IMG/VR virus record: IMGVR_UViG_3300037067_007633
Location: 32,001-96,000 of that record
DNA: 64,000 nucleotides
Direction: 5' to 3' (one strand)
DNA from: a virus
Taxonomy: Duplodnaviria > Caudoviricetes
The notes under the pieces were generated by a model. That model searched no databases, was not told where the DNA came from, and saw only the letters and a list, made by a program, of their open reading frames with translations. Below are positions 37,908 to 49,392 of this stretch, in pieces (position 1 is the first letter of the stretch; each line of letters begins with the position of its first letter). A program made the translations under genes and the position numbers.

Positions 37908-37923
37908 TACTTAAAGGTAAAAA

Positions 37924-40900
37924 ATGGCAAAAGAATTTGTATTAACAACTAGACTTAGACTTTTAGGTCCAGAAACAGCACAAATTGATTCTGTTTTAAA
38001 TACTATTACTGATAGAATTCGTGCTAAAACAGTAAGTTTAGGTGTTGTTATTGATCCTAATTCTATCGCTATGGTTTCACAGTTAAATAGTCAATTAAAA
38101 GCTACTGTTGGAACTATGAATCAATTGAAATCTACTGGTTCTACAGTATCAAATTCTTTTAGTACTATTAGTAATGCTGTTAATCAAACTACTGTTGCAA
38201 CAAAAAAAGCTACTAGTTCTCAAAACGAATTTAATAGTTCAATGGAGCAATTTGGACATTTATCAGCGTTGGCTATTCGTAGAAACCTTGCTTTTACAAT
38301 TACTGCTTTTGCCGTATATGGAGTTGGTCGATCATTACATACTGCTGTTGGCGAAGCTATTATGTTTGATAGAGAAATGGTTAAATTAAGACAATTATCA
38401 AGTGAAAGCGATGTCGTTTTAAAAGGGGTGGAAAGTACTATTTCTCAATTATCTATGTCATTAGGAGTGTCTTCTAATGCCCTTATTAAAACTAGTAATA
38501 CATTAATTCAGGCTGGTTATAGTGTTGGTGATACTAAAGTAATGATGGACGCATTAGCAAAAACCACTCTTGCTCCAACATTCGGAGATATTAAAAACAC
38601 AACCGAAGGATTAATTGCTATTTTACATCAATTTAATTTAAAAGCATATCAATCAGAACAAATTTTAGGTTCTATTAATAAAGTTGCTGCTGATTATGCT
38701 ATGGAATCTTCTGACGTTATTGAAGCCGCTAAAAGATCTGGTAGTATTTTTTCTTCTTTGGGGGGGAATTTTAATGAGTTCATTGGTATTTTGACAGCGG
38801 TTAGACAAACAACTCGTTTAACTGCTGAAACTATTGCCACTGGTATGAATACGATATTTGCTAGAATGCAACGTCCGGCAACTCTTAGAATGCTTGAAGA
38901 ATTGGGTATTAAATTACAGGATGTAAACGCCGCTGGTCAAAAAATGTTTGTTGGACCAATGGAATCTATCCGAAGAATTAGTGATGGATTAAAAAACATT
39001 GATCCTAGAACAGAATTATATTCTAAAGTTATAGACGAACTTGGAGGAATTCGTCAATTAAAAGTTGTTATTCCTATGATTAGACAAAGAGTATTAGCCG
39101 AAGAAGCTATGCAAAAATCTATGGATGGAACTAGTAGTTTGTCAAAAGACGTAGTTGAATCCCAAAAAGCATTAAGTATTCAATTTGATAAAGTTAAAGA
39201 AAAATTCTTAGATATGACACGAACATTTGTTGAAGGGGGAACTTTTCGTAGTTTAGCTACCGGTGCTATGACTTTTGCAAGGGCTTTAATTGATGTGGCT
39301 AATGCTTTACAAACAATAGCTCCACTATTAGCTGTTTTAGGTGGGGTTTCATTAGTTAATTCTGGTTTTAAATTTATGGGAGGACAAGGATTTTTAAGAA
39401 CTTTTACAGGCAAAAAAGCCGCTACTGGCGGTATGATTCCTGGAACCGGAGATACCGATACTGTTCCTGCCTTATTAACTCCTGGTGAATTTGTAATAAG
39501 AAAGTCTGCTGTTAAGGCTATTGGCAGGGGTCCACTAGAACAGTTAAATAGGTATGCAAGTGGTGGTATAGTTACAGGCGGAAGATATAATTATGGTGTT
39601 AAAGATCCTGATTTTATTGTCGATTCTTCTGGAATTATACAAAAAATTAATTTACCAACCATAATTTCTCAGCCAAAGGTTTCTACTGATAGTTTAATTA
39701 ATAAAAAAAGATATAATAATAATCAAGATATTATAAATAGAGATATAGCTATACGTTCTCAGATTAATAGTATTTCTAGAACTATATCAATGATGAATAA
39801 TACAAAAATGTCTAAGAGAGATTTAGACAGATATGTAGTAGAAAGTGGTCAAGCCAGTGATTATATTACGTCTAGTGGGAAAAGCGATTATAGTAAATCT
39901 TCTGGGTGGTTTGGTGGATTAAAAAGATTAGCCATTGAAGAAGAACAAAGAAAATATGGAGATTTTAGTAATTCTCCTTATTTATCTAATACTCCACAAG
40001 CTCAAACTAGACAAAGACGTGGATTTTTTAATAGTATGGGCTTACGTTTAAAGCAGTTTGGACGCAATATGAATTTTGTTGGTGGAAATGTTCCTACAAT
40101 TAATACTTCTGGAGGTGTCTCACAATCTATAGGTGGTGGTAATGGAACATCATTATCTGGTGGTGGTTTTAGTGGCGGTCGTGCTATGATGGTTGGTTTA
40201 GGTTTATCTATGCTATCATCTGTTGGAACCGCTAATATTTCTAACGAGAACCCTAGAGCTAAAGGTGCTTTTGCCGGTCTTTCTACTGGCTTAGCAACCA
40301 CTGGAAGTATCGCTATGATGAGTGGAGGAAATCCAATTATTTTAATTGGTGCTGCACTTGCTGGATTAGCTCATGGTGTTTATGCTTATACTCGTTCTAT
40401 TAAAGAAAGTAATGACGAATTAAAAAGAGTAGATATAGAAAAAAGTTTTATAAATTTAACAAAACATTTAGAGAGTTTTCAAAAAAGTGGCAAATGGACT
40501 TCTGAAGGTGGAGAGTCATTAAACACTGCTGTTAATAAGGTACAACAAAGAATATCTGAGTATCAATTAAAGTTTTCTGATAAAACTATTGATAAACAAG
40601 CTGTCCTTGCAAGATATGGTGCTGGTTCTGATTTTATGGGTGCTGCTGTTCCAAAAGGTAATTTTTTAATGTCTGGAGATATAGAAGAATTAACAAAAAA
40701 ATATCAAGAAAATAAAGATCAGTTTACTAAAAATGGAACACTAGATATTGTTAATTCAGATATTGAAAGAAGAATTGCTAGTGGTAGTATTAAAAACATT
40801 AAAGATTTAGGGAATTTAAAAGACGTAGGAGGTGCATATAAAGAAATATTTTTAACCAAACATATGACTGCGGAACAACGTGCTGGTGCTGAAGGGCTTA

Positions 40901-42747
40901 AATCTCAGGGTTTAAATGCAGATATTATATACAACGAAGTTTTTCTAAATCAAAAAAAACTTATAGATTTTCAAGTCCAATATACTCAAGCAGTAATTAA
41001 AGCTAATAACGCTGTAGAGTATTCAATAACACGTATTAATAATTTAGCAGATTCTTTTTCATATATTACTGAACAAGCTGAATATTTTGATAATAGATTA
41101 GAGCGACTTTCTGATGTAATGTCCACTTCTACAAAAACTTACAAAGTAGATACTTATGGATCTTCAACATTAAAATATCCTAATATTAATCCTGCTGGTG
41201 CTGCCAGTATGGCTAATACTTTATTGGGTGGCGGTCAAATAGCATCTATTGGACAACAAGCAACTTTAATAAAGGGTATATTACCTGGAATTATAGAACA
41301 ATTAGGAAAAGAAAATAAGATACAGGGAGCGGAAGGTGCTGCTAATACTGGTAGTGAATTATTTAATCGTTTATATGTAGAATTAGAAAGAGTACTTCCA
41401 GGTCAAAGTATTAATAGAGATTTACTTACAACGGTTACTAATAATATTGAAAAATCTATTTCTTCGGGTCGCCAATCTGATTTTGGTGCATTAACTCATA
41501 ATCCACAAGAATTAGCTAAAAGGGGTACTGAAGGCGTTATAGATAGTTTTAATGAATCCTTATTAAAATTAGCTAATCAAATTGAAAAAGCCCAATCAAA
41601 ATATATGGAAATTCTAAATGAAGGAAATAAAATACGTGATAAAATTACGGAACAAAGAGAAGTTACTTTACAAAAAGGGTTTGGGTTTACTGCTGAAAAT
41701 CGTAAAACTGGATATGAATTAGGATTAATAAATTCTCAGTTTGTGACACCAAACGAAGCCAGAAGTAACTTTGCTATTACTCAGCAAAATTTGGGTGTAA
41801 AACCAGGACAAGAAAATAATGTTAATTATATAACTAGTAGGATGAATGCTTTATCAGAATCTACATCACAATTAGACCTTGCTTTTAGATCAATACAATA
41901 TGATCCTAAAAATATTGGTGAAGCTGAAAAATTAGCACAGCAAATTAACAATAATAATGCTGTTATGGCTGATTTTAATAAAGCCCTATTAAATTGTGCA
42001 AATAGTACTGAGGTTTTATCTACAATTCAAGGAAGATTAGGAGAATTAGAAAAAGCTAGAAGTGCTGCCTTTGGAGTGTGGATGGGTAAATTAGGTATGA
42101 CTAGATCAGAAAGAATTAAAGCTGAAAGAGAAGATGAAGTTAGAAACCGAGTTTTTAAAGAAGGAATTAATCCTGAAAGTTTAAGTATTAGAGAACAAAA
42201 TATGTTGTCAAGATCTTTAGGTAGAACTGGAGGATTATTAAATAATACTAATCCTCAATGGACTAATGAACAAGCGATGAAGTCTATGTTTAATAGAACT
42301 AATCAATTACCTCAAGAACAAACAAACTTATATGGGCAGAAAAAAAATGCAGAATCAGATATTATTAATGCTAACAAAGCTATTGAAGGAAGATATGGAA
42401 AAGCATATATAGAATACAATCAAATGCTAAAAGCTAGATCTGGATTTATTCAACAGAATTTGCAATCACAACAGGCAACATTTAATATCGCGGAGTTTAA
42501 TGTGGGTGTAGGTAATTTTTCTTCTGCTGTAAACAATTTTGTTACTAAAGGGGATGAAATTGCAACCAAGTTAGCTTCTGCAAAAGATATGAATGTAACC
42601 GCAACACACAAAATAGAAGTTAATGTTTTAGGTCTTGCTGGAATTAGTGACGTTATGCAAAAGATTGCAACCGATGCGGTTAATAAGGCACTTGGAATGA
42701 AGAACAAGGCATTAAATCAAGATAAACCTGCGTCTATGGTGAGTTAA
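37924..42747 (+). CDS. Tail tape measure protein
   Basis: 1607 aa, helical; TP901-type core; ATGG.IPGTGDTDTVPALLTPGEFVI motif; hydrophobic segments. Confidence 0.92.
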   Translation: MAKEFVLTTRLRLLGPETAQIDSVLNTITDRIRAKTVSLGVVIDPNSIAMVSQLNSQLKATVGTMNQLKSTGSTVSNSFSTISNAVNQTTVATKKATSSQNEFNSSMEQFGHLSALAIRRNLAFTITAFAVYGVGRSLHTAVGEAIMFDREMVKLRQLSSESDVVLKGVESTISQLSMSLGVSSNALIKTSNTLIQAGYSVGDTKVMMDALAKTTLAPTFGDIKNTTEGLIAILHQFNLKAYQSEQILGSINKVAADYAMESSDVIEAAKRSGSIFSSLGGNFNEFIGILTAVRQTTRLTAETIATGMNTIFARMQRPATLRMLEELGIKLQDVNAAGQKMFVGPMESIRRISDGLKNIDPRTELYSKVIDELGGIRQLKVVIPMIRQRVLAEEAMQKSMDGTSSLSKDVVESQKALSIQFDKVKEKFLDMTRTFVEGGTFRSLATGAMTFARALIDVANALQTIAPLLAVLGGVSLVNSGFKFMGGQGFLRTFTGKKAATGGMIPGTGDTDTVPALLTPGEFVIRKSAVKAIGRGPLEQLNRYASGGIVTGGRYNYGVKDPDFIVDSSGIIQKINLPTIISQPKVSTDSLINKKRYNNNQDIINRDIAIRSQINSISRTISMMNNTKMSKRDLDRYVVESGQASDYITSSGKSDYSKSSGWFGGLKRLAIEEEQRKYGDFSNSPYLSNTPQAQTRQRRGFFNSMGLRLKQFGRNMNFVGGNVPTINTSGGVSQSIGGGNGTSLSGGGFSGGRAMMVGLGLSMLSSVGTANISNENPRAKGAFAGLSTGLATTGSIAMMSGGNPIILIGAALAGLAHGVYAYTRSIKESNDELKRVDIEKSFINLTKHLESFQKSGKWTSEGGESLNTAVNKVQQRISEYQLKFSDKTIDKQAVLARYGAGSDFMGAAVPKGNFLMSGDIEELTKKYQENKDQFTKNGTLDIVNSDIERRIASGSIKNIKDLGNLKDVGGAYKEIFLTKHMTAEQRAGAEGLKSQGLNADIIYNEVFLNQKKLIDFQVQYTQAVIKANNAVEYSITRINNLADSFSYITEQAEYFDNRLERLSDVMSTSTKTYKVDTYGSSTLKYPNINPAGAASMANTLLGGGQIASIGQQATLIKGILPGIIEQLGKENKIQGAEGAANTGSELFNRLYVELERVLPGQSINRDLLTTVTNNIEKSISSGRQSDFGALTHNPQELAKRGTEGVIDSFNESLLKLANQIEKAQSKYMEILNEGNKIRDKITEQREVTLQKGFGFTAENRKTGYELGLINSQFVTPNEARSNFAITQQNLGVKPGQENNVNYITSRMNALSESTSQLDLAFRSIQYDPKNIGEAEKLAQQINNNNAVMADFNKALLNCANSTEVLSTIQGRLGELEKARSAAFGVWMGKLGMTRSERIKAEREDEVRNRVFKEGINPESLSIREQNMLSRSLGRTGGLLNNTNPQWTNEQAMKSMFNRTNQLPQEQTNLYGQKKNAESDIINANKAIEGRYGKAYIEYNQMLKARSGFIQQNLQSQQATFNIAEFNVGVGNFSSAVNNFVTKGDEIATKLASAKDMNVTATHKIEVNVLGLAGISDVMQKIATDAVNKALGMKNKALNQDKPASMVS

Positions 42748-42748
42748 T

Positions 42749-43489
42749 ATGGCTATTAGAAGTTGGTCAAATTTTACTGTAGATGAATTTGGTAGTTTTA
42801 CAACTACTGAATGGGATGGTTTTTTACTAGATCCAACAAGTGGTGTTTATGATGGATACGAAGGATATGTTTATGGGACCGGATATATTGAAGGAGATTT
42901 TTATACATCTAAATTATTAAGCGGAAATATTGCTGGAACTGGATATTTTAGTTCCGATATTTCTTTAGATAAAAATTTTGGCGGTGTTTGTTCTGGAGAG
43001 GTATTTTTTGAATCTTTTATGGAAATTAATAGGCAATTTGAGGGAAATATTAGTGGGTATTTGAATATTTTAGGTAATTTCAAATTATCTGATAGTGGCA
43101 GTTTAGCATTAACGACATATTGTGTTATGGAACAATATGATTATATATCATTATATATTAATTCTAATCCTTTAATTGCCGATAATCAAATTCCATTATT
43201 TTTATGTAATTATAATTCATATAATAATCTTGACCTTATAATTAAAGGCGATGGAGATATTCAGGGATCTATACCATTTGATGATTATATAACATTATTT
43301 ATTGGAAATAACCATTTAATCAATAATTCATTTTCCCTATTTATAAAATCATATATAGAATCTACAACGGGAAATTTAGATATGTTTATAAAATCAGCAA
43401 ATGTTGTAAGTAGTGGGTTGGATTTATTAATAGGTTCTTCATCAGATGAAATAAACTACAATTTATCATTATTTTGTTATGGATATTAA
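42749..43489 (+). CDS. Tail-associated repeat protein
   Basis: G..(S/A)GxG repeats, then L.LFI-type repeats. Confidence 0.55.
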   Translation: MAIRSWSNFTVDEFGSFTTTEWDGFLLDPTSGVYDGYEGYVYGTGYIEGDFYTSKLLSGNIAGTGYFSSDISLDKNFGGVCSGEVFFESFMEINRQFEGNISGYLNILGNFKLSDSGSLALTTYCVMEQYDYISLYINSNPLIADNQIPLFLCNYNSYNNLDLIIKGDGDIQGSIPFDDYITLFIGNNHLINNSFSLFIKSYIESTTGNLDMFIKSANVVSSGLDLLIGSSSDEINYNLSLFCYGY

Positions 43490-43491
43490 TT

Positions 43492-44988
43492 ATGACAGTT
43501 ATATATGATGGCAAAAAAATAATTCCAGCACCATTAGTAGATATTAGTAAAGAATATACTAAATCTAACGATGGAACTATTATTGGTGCTAATTTTACTA
43601 TTACGCTAAATGGTAAATTGTTTCCATGCAAAGGTTCTCCAAAAATAGACGGAACCTTTTATGACGGTGCTGGATATCCAGCCGACGAAACTACGTCAGA
43701 CACTTTTCAAGCTTTGATGCAAAAAACAGACGCTTTACGTCGTCTATTTAGTAATCACGGTAGGGCTTTAGAATTTCAATCTTACTATGGTAGTAATCCA
43801 ATAAAATGTTATCCAAAAATTAAAGATATAAAATTTCCAGAAGGACAATGGGTAAATGTGTTACCTTATACAGTTACTTTTGAAGCTCCGTTTGTTTATG
43901 GTGCATTAATAGGAGATAGTGAAGATTTAGGAAAATCAGAATTTTTTGGTTTAAATGGAATTAAGCTTTTATTATTAGATGCTAGTGAAGACTGGAGTAT
44001 TGAAGAAAACGAAGCAATATATGATATTGCAACGAGACATCCGACTTATAAAGTTTCCCATAGTATTAAAGCTGTAGGAAAAGACGCTTTTGATGGAAGT
44101 GGAAGTTTAGGTAAAGGATGGCAACACGCCAAATTATGGGTTGATTCTAAGTTAGGATTAAATAATACTGATTTAAGTTACAATGATTTAAATATGCCGA
44201 TTTGTTATAATGGTTTTAATCACATTAGAGTAAATTCTTTAGATAAATTTGGTGGTTCTTATACTGTTAATGAGGCGTGGATATTAGCAAGCGGTGGGGC
44301 TACTGAAGACTTTAGTGTCTCACTTAAAAAATCCACAGAAAATAATCTAAATGTTGTTACTGTTGATGGTTCTATTAACGGTTTAGAACAAAGGTCTTTG
44401 GATTATTCTAATATTTTATGTACTAAATGGGGCAACGCTTTATCAAGATGGAATATATTATATGGTAGCGGTTTAAGTAATACAATTTACAATAGGGCTT
44501 TAACATATGTTGGATTGACGTGGCTTAATCCAGAACCTTTAAATACAACAATTGGAAAAAATCCAACAATAGGAACCATAAGTTATTCTTTTGAATATAA
44601 TGATAGACCATCCAGGTTTATTACAAATTCATTAGCCGAAAGTATTCAAATACACAATACTTATCCAGCCAATGTTTATGCTAAAATTCCCGTACTTGGT
44701 AGGGTTGCTGGTCCAGTATTACAAGATATTGGAAGTATAACAGAAAGAAGAAGGTCAATTTCTATTGAAGTTGTTATGCCAATTTATAGTGGTACTTTGC
44801 CAAATACTGTTGTTGGTATGACGGAAATGATTAATGCTGCACCCACAGGACAAATCAATATTTTAATACAAGCCTGTTATGATGGATTAAAAAATACATA
44901 TGCCCAGGTTTTTAAAGATGAAGATAGCGATGATTGGAATCCTTTTAATGGACATTATACTAGAAATACTGCTTGGACGTATCAATAA
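43492..44988 (+). CDS. Distal tail/tail tip protein (start MTVIY)
   Basis: Position; PAPLV.ISKEY...ITLNG; GTISYSFEYNDR. Confidence 0.6.
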   Translation: MTVIYDGKKIIPAPLVDISKEYTKSNDGTIIGANFTITLNGKLFPCKGSPKIDGTFYDGAGYPADETTSDTFQALMQKTDALRRLFSNHGRALEFQSYYGSNPIKCYPKIKDIKFPEGQWVNVLPYTVTFEAPFVYGALIGDSEDLGKSEFFGLNGIKLLLLDASEDWSIEENEAIYDIATRHPTYKVSHSIKAVGKDAFDGSGSLGKGWQHAKLWVDSKLGLNNTDLSYNDLNMPICYNGFNHIRVNSLDKFGGSYTVNEAWILASGGATEDFSVSLKKSTENNLNVVTVDGSINGLEQRSLDYSNILCTKWGNALSRWNILYGSGLSNTIYNRALTYVGLTWLNPEPLNTTIGKNPTIGTISYSFEYNDRPSRFITNSLAESIQIHNTYPANVYAKIPVLGRVAGPVLQDIGSITERRRSISIEVVMPIYSGTLPNTVVGMTEMINAAPTGQINILIQACYDGLKNTYAQVFKDEDSDDWNPFNGHYTRNTAWTYQ

Positions 44989-45009
44989 TACAATGGAAAA
45001 TAATATATA

Positions 45010-48000
45010 ATGCCTACACTAGACTCTACTATAATTGGACCTTTTACACACACATTATTTTTAGGTGCTAGTATTACTAAGTTTTCAGCCAACATTGGTT
45101 GGAATAGTAGTCCTAGTGAGGTTACTATTGAATTGGTAGAAGATACTAAGCCTGGAATTAAAACATATTATAATGGTTATGGAAATTCTTGCGTTCACAG
45201 TGGACCAGACAGATTTAATCCCCCCGCTTTAGGTTCGCCGGTATATTTTAAATTTGGTGTTTTTGAATTTATGGGGATTTTACAAAACTGGCAAGAAAGA
45301 GATGGGTCGGACGGAAAACTCTATACAGTAAAAATAAATAGTCCACACGATATATTAGAGGGGACACATATACTATTAGACGCTTATAGCGGTCCCGTTT
45401 ATAATATTCCTAACATTATTAATGTTTTTGGATATCTAGAAAGTTCTGGTACTTATTTAAGTCCAACAAAACCAATTAATGTTGATGATGAAGTTGAAGC
45501 AATAGTTGGATATGAAATCTCTACAGGTTTTGGTGGTGCTAGAAAAAATTCTGTTGGAATTCCTTGGATAAATATTAGAGACTCTTTATCTAACATTATC
45601 AACAATATGACTTTTGGAGATATTCAAAAAAGTAGTTGGAATATATCTAAAAGAGAAGATAATAAATATGGAAGTTGTTTAGCTTTACGTGACCATACAT
45701 ATATTTTTGACGTTACTTCATTACCAGTTTTAGATAATTCCCTAAGATTTAGTGAAGAATCTCTAACATTATTAGATTTAATTACCAAAGTATGTGAATA
45801 TTGTGGGGCAGACTTTTTTGTTGAATTGGTTTTAGTTGCAAATCCGACTATGACAGGGGCGATTTATAGAACATCTAATACAATTGATGATAATCCTTAT
45901 CCAGAAGGGTCTGTGTATTGGGCTAATTATTTTGCGGGGCACATTCCAACCGACGGTGTTTTAAAATTTGTTAAAGTATTTCCTGTTACTAGATTAGACC
46001 AACCAGCACCCGCTCAATTATTAGATTCAAGCATAGGCTCTCCCGTCACGCTAAGGCTAGACAATCTAGGGGCTATTACCTCTGCTATTAATAAATATGC
46101 TATACCAATGTCTAATCGTAATCGCGGATTAGAATTTAGAAACGAAACCACAAATTGTTTTCTTGTTGGAGATTATAGAGAAGATATATGGCAAGTATTT
46201 TGTGATAGCGGTGTTGAAGTTGGTATTCCTACTGGTATTATTACTGTTTTAAATGGAGTACAAATTAGTGGTGTTAGATCATATCGTAATGGCAATATAT
46301 ATGACGATGCCATTTTTCCATATTGGGGGAAAAACGATGATGGTGTACCAAATTATTCTGAAAAGTTAGCAAGTGAGCATGTAGTCACCTTAGATTTAAA
46401 AGGTAAGTTTGATGAACGCCTGACTGTTAAAATATTACAATATTGTGATAATGGCTTATATATGTTAGGTGCATCAGAAATGTCAGCTTTATTAACTGGA
46501 AGTAAGGATGTATGGGAGGCTATTGTACAAGGGAAAAATTATCCATATTCAACACAACAAAAATTATACATTGGAGAAAAAGACAATGATGGAAATGTCA
46601 TAAGTAAGGGTATTGGATATATTAATGCTTTTGGTGCAAATGAATGGTTTGGAAAAACATTGTGGTTAAAAAATGGTAAAGGTAAACCTTATTATGTTCA
46701 TATGACAAATAATGAATCTGCTTATAATGCTGGCTTAATTTCTGCCGGTGGCATAAGTGAAGATTTTGTTAGTATGGAAGATACAATATTTGAATATTTA
46801 AAAAGTATTGTCAGTACATATTATGGTAAAAAATTTATGGTAAAACTACCAAGTGATGCTTGTGGTATAGTGTTAAGTGATGAACCATTTTCTATTAAAA
46901 CTAACTATGATGTTATTGATTCTGCATGGACTAATTTTGATACAGTTTTAGGATTAAATAATAACGAATTACCATTGTCTATTTTTAAGAATGAAGAAGA
47001 TGGTAAAATACAATGTTTTGTACATGTTCAAGCACCTACTGGTTCTGTAGATTTAAGTATGTTGAGCAAAGAAGATTATTATTTAAGAACTGGTGGTGAT
47101 GGATATATAAAAGCAGATGTTGAAGAAATAGTTTTTATAGATATTAGTGGAATGAATTATCCTAGAGCGGTAATATCATTACCACAACCAATTTTCCCAT
47201 TTGATATTTTTCTACAAAAAAATACAATAACTGGTGATGTGTACGTTAAACGAGACTGGAGAAGTGCTGCAAGTGATGAATTAGGTGTTAGTTTAATATT
47301 TGGTCCGGGGCAAGATACTGCTAATACTTATCCATTTATGCCATTTCCTTTAACTCCTAATGCTGTAGCGTTGCCATTAAGAAATAATATGGCTTGTTAT
47401 GGTCCGTGGTATGCTAATAATGGTAATATTGGAGCTATAGGCAAAACTGAATTTATAAGAGATACTAATTTAGTTCCATGGAATTTTGGAAGTGACGAAT
47501 TAATGAATGTTGCTGGACAAACACAGGTATCATCTAGAATAATGCAACATCAACTTTCAGAAGTTGGCGGATTTACTATGCCTGGTGCTCCAATTATTAG
47601 TTTAGGAAGAACTATTATTAATAATGGTCCACAAGTAACCAATTTAGATGTTTCTGTTGGTAGTGACGGTGTTCAAACTACTTATCAAATGAGAACATTT
47701 ACACCTAACTATGGTAGTTTTGCTAAAGCTAAATTAGATCAAATGTCTAAAGTTGGTAAGGATAATTCAAAATATTCTAGAATGTTACAACAAGCACGTT
47801 ATGATGAAATTGTTAATAGGAAGAATGTTAATGTTGCGGGAATTAGTGTTTGGAGTAAATCAGATAGGTTTTCTAGGTCATCTTCAAGTAATTTTCTTAC
47901 CGCCTCTGCTGAAAAAGCATATATTCCTAATGGGTCATACTATAATAACGAAGGAGTATATGTTGAAGGTGTTGGATTAGTTGATTGGACAACATTTAAT

Positions 48001-49392
48001 GGTAGTGGTGAATTAGTTGAAACTAGTGGAGTTTCTAATGTTGTTGTACAGACAGATTTGAGAAAGGGAATTCCAGATTTATGTGGTCACGATAATAATA
48101 TGTATTTAAAGAAGGCTGGAATTGAACAGATTGGGTTGTTTAGACCGTACACAACACTTTCTGGTTCCCTATCTAATATGGCTGAAATGCCTATTTCAAC
48201 AGTAGTGGAAGGTAGTATCAGCGGGTGGTGTCCAGATGGTACTTATACAGATACAACAAATAATAATATTTCCCATTTTGGTATTCCTCCTCTTTATTCT
48301 GGTTATTTTCCACCTATTTGTGCTACTACCCTTAATCCATTTTTAGTTCCAGTTTCAGGAAAAACTCGTGGGGGATGGCAATTAACTTCTGGAGTTGATG
48401 CTGCCGGTCATGATATAGACTATGTTGTTAGAGATAGCGGTTTTCCATCTGATTTAGCTATTCTTCCTACTAATGATTATAGTCAATATGATTGGTATAG
48501 GGCTGTTGGATTTAAATTACCAATGGTTTTAGTAGGTTGGGGATATGATATTGATGGGCGTCCTGTTCCTAATGCTAAAGTAGATGCTTCCGGAAGAGGA
48601 ATGACACAATATTTTGAAGATGATTGGTTAAGAAAACCACAAAATTGGAAGGCTGGTCCATTAGATGTAAGATGGGATCAAGAAAGGGGTGTTTGGGCAC
48701 CACCACAATTACAAACCATGGTAAGAATTCAATGTACTCAAGATTATAATGATTCTAGGGAAACTTTTAGAGCAGAAATGCAAAATATTCCTAGTGGTTA
48801 TGCTTATGATAAAGATGGAAATAGATTACAATATCCTTGGATTGAAGTTTACAACCCATGGAAACAAGCTATTTGTAGCGGAATGGTTGGGTGGGCATAT
48901 TATAATCCAAACTTAGACATTGCTAGTAATGGATATAAATTATCTAAACACCAAAAATATGAATTAGTCAAAATTGAATCTCCTATTGCTACTCTTTATA
49001 CTACTGGTGGTGGTAGTGGTACAATATATTCATTAACAATGTCTCCACCAAATGCTAGTGTAGATTTATCTAGATGGCACACCGTCAAAATATTGAATGC
49101 CCCAGATGTTAGTGGTTATTATATTACAGCACAATTAACAAGTATATTAGCAGATATTAATCCAAGTTTAAGTGGACACTTAGTTTTTGTTCCAACCGAT
49201 TTTCCAACTCCTATTGAAGGGGCAAGAATGATTTCTGCTTTAGAAGCTAGGTTTGATAGAACCGGAGATATAAGAACAATTAGAAATTCTTTAAATGTTG
49301 CTGTTGGATTTAAAGTTAATATTCAATGGAATGGTAATGAGTGGATTACTGTTAATACTGAAGGTTACAACACCCCAATATTAGGATTATAA
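45010..49392 (+). CDS. Large tail tip/hub protein
   Basis: FLGASI..FS.N.GW...PS.VTIELVED N-terminus; G.QTTY.MRTF. Confidence 0.65.
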   Translation: MPTLDSTIIGPFTHTLFLGASITKFSANIGWNSSPSEVTIELVEDTKPGIKTYYNGYGNSCVHSGPDRFNPPALGSPVYFKFGVFEFMGILQNWQERDGSDGKLYTVKINSPHDILEGTHILLDAYSGPVYNIPNIINVFGYLESSGTYLSPTKPINVDDEVEAIVGYEISTGFGGARKNSVGIPWINIRDSLSNIINNMTFGDIQKSSWNISKREDNKYGSCLALRDHTYIFDVTSLPVLDNSLRFSEESLTLLDLITKVCEYCGADFFVELVLVANPTMTGAIYRTSNTIDDNPYPEGSVYWANYFAGHIPTDGVLKFVKVFPVTRLDQPAPAQLLDSSIGSPVTLRLDNLGAITSAINKYAIPMSNRNRGLEFRNETTNCFLVGDYREDIWQVFCDSGVEVGIPTGIITVLNGVQISGVRSYRNGNIYDDAIFPYWGKNDDGVPNYSEKLASEHVVTLDLKGKFDERLTVKILQYCDNGLYMLGASEMSALLTGSKDVWEAIVQGKNYPYSTQQKLYIGEKDNDGNVISKGIGYINAFGANEWFGKTLWLKNGKGKPYYVHMTNNESAYNAGLISAGGISEDFVSMEDTIFEYLKSIVSTYYGKKFMVKLPSDACGIVLSDEPFSIKTNYDVIDSAWTNFDTVLGLNNNELPLSIFKNEEDGKIQCFVHVQAPTGSVDLSMLSKEDYYLRTGGDGYIKADVEEIVFIDISGMNYPRAVISLPQPIFPFDIFLQKNTITGDVYVKRDWRSAASDELGVSLIFGPGQDTANTYPFMPFPLTPNAVALPLRNNMACYGPWYANNGNIGAIGKTEFIRDTNLVPWNFGSDELMNVAGQTQVSSRIMQHQLSEVGGFTMPGAPIISLGRTIINNGPQVTNLDVSVGSDGVQTTYQMRTFTPNYGSFAKAKLDQMSKVGKDNSKYSRMLQQARYDEIVNRKNVNVAGISVWSKSDRFSRSSSSNFLTASAEKAYIPNGSYYNNEGVYVEGVGLVDWTTFNGSGELVETSGVSNVVVQTDLRKGIPDLCGHDNNMYLKKAGIEQIGLFRPYTTLSGSLSNMAEMPISTVVEGSISGWCPDGTYTDTTNNNISHFGIPPLYSGYFPPICATTLNPFLVPVSGKTRGGWQLTSGVDAAGHDIDYVVRDSGFPSDLAILPTNDYSQYDWYRAVGFKLPMVLVGWGYDIDGRPVPNAKVDASGRGMTQYFEDDWLRKPQNWKAGPLDVRWDQERGVWAPPQLQTMVRIQCTQDYNDSRETFRAEMQNIPSGYAYDKDGNRLQYPWIEVYNPWKQAICSGMVGWAYYNPNLDIASNGYKLSKHQKYELVKIESPIATLYTTGGGSGTIYSLTMSPPNASVDLSRWHTVKILNAPDVSGYYITAQLTSILADINPSLSGHLVFVPTDFPTPIEGARMISALEARFDRTGDIRTIRNSLNVAVGFKVNIQWNGNEWITVNTEGYNTPILGL

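Noticed and set aside
13092-43631. Minus-strand ORFs inside the structural block (e.g. 20961-21545, 32987-33358)
   Set aside because: Antisense to clearly recognisable genes, with no motifs.
34468-49392. Contractile tail (myovirus)
   Set aside because: No sheath or baseplate-wedge motifs recognised in this window.
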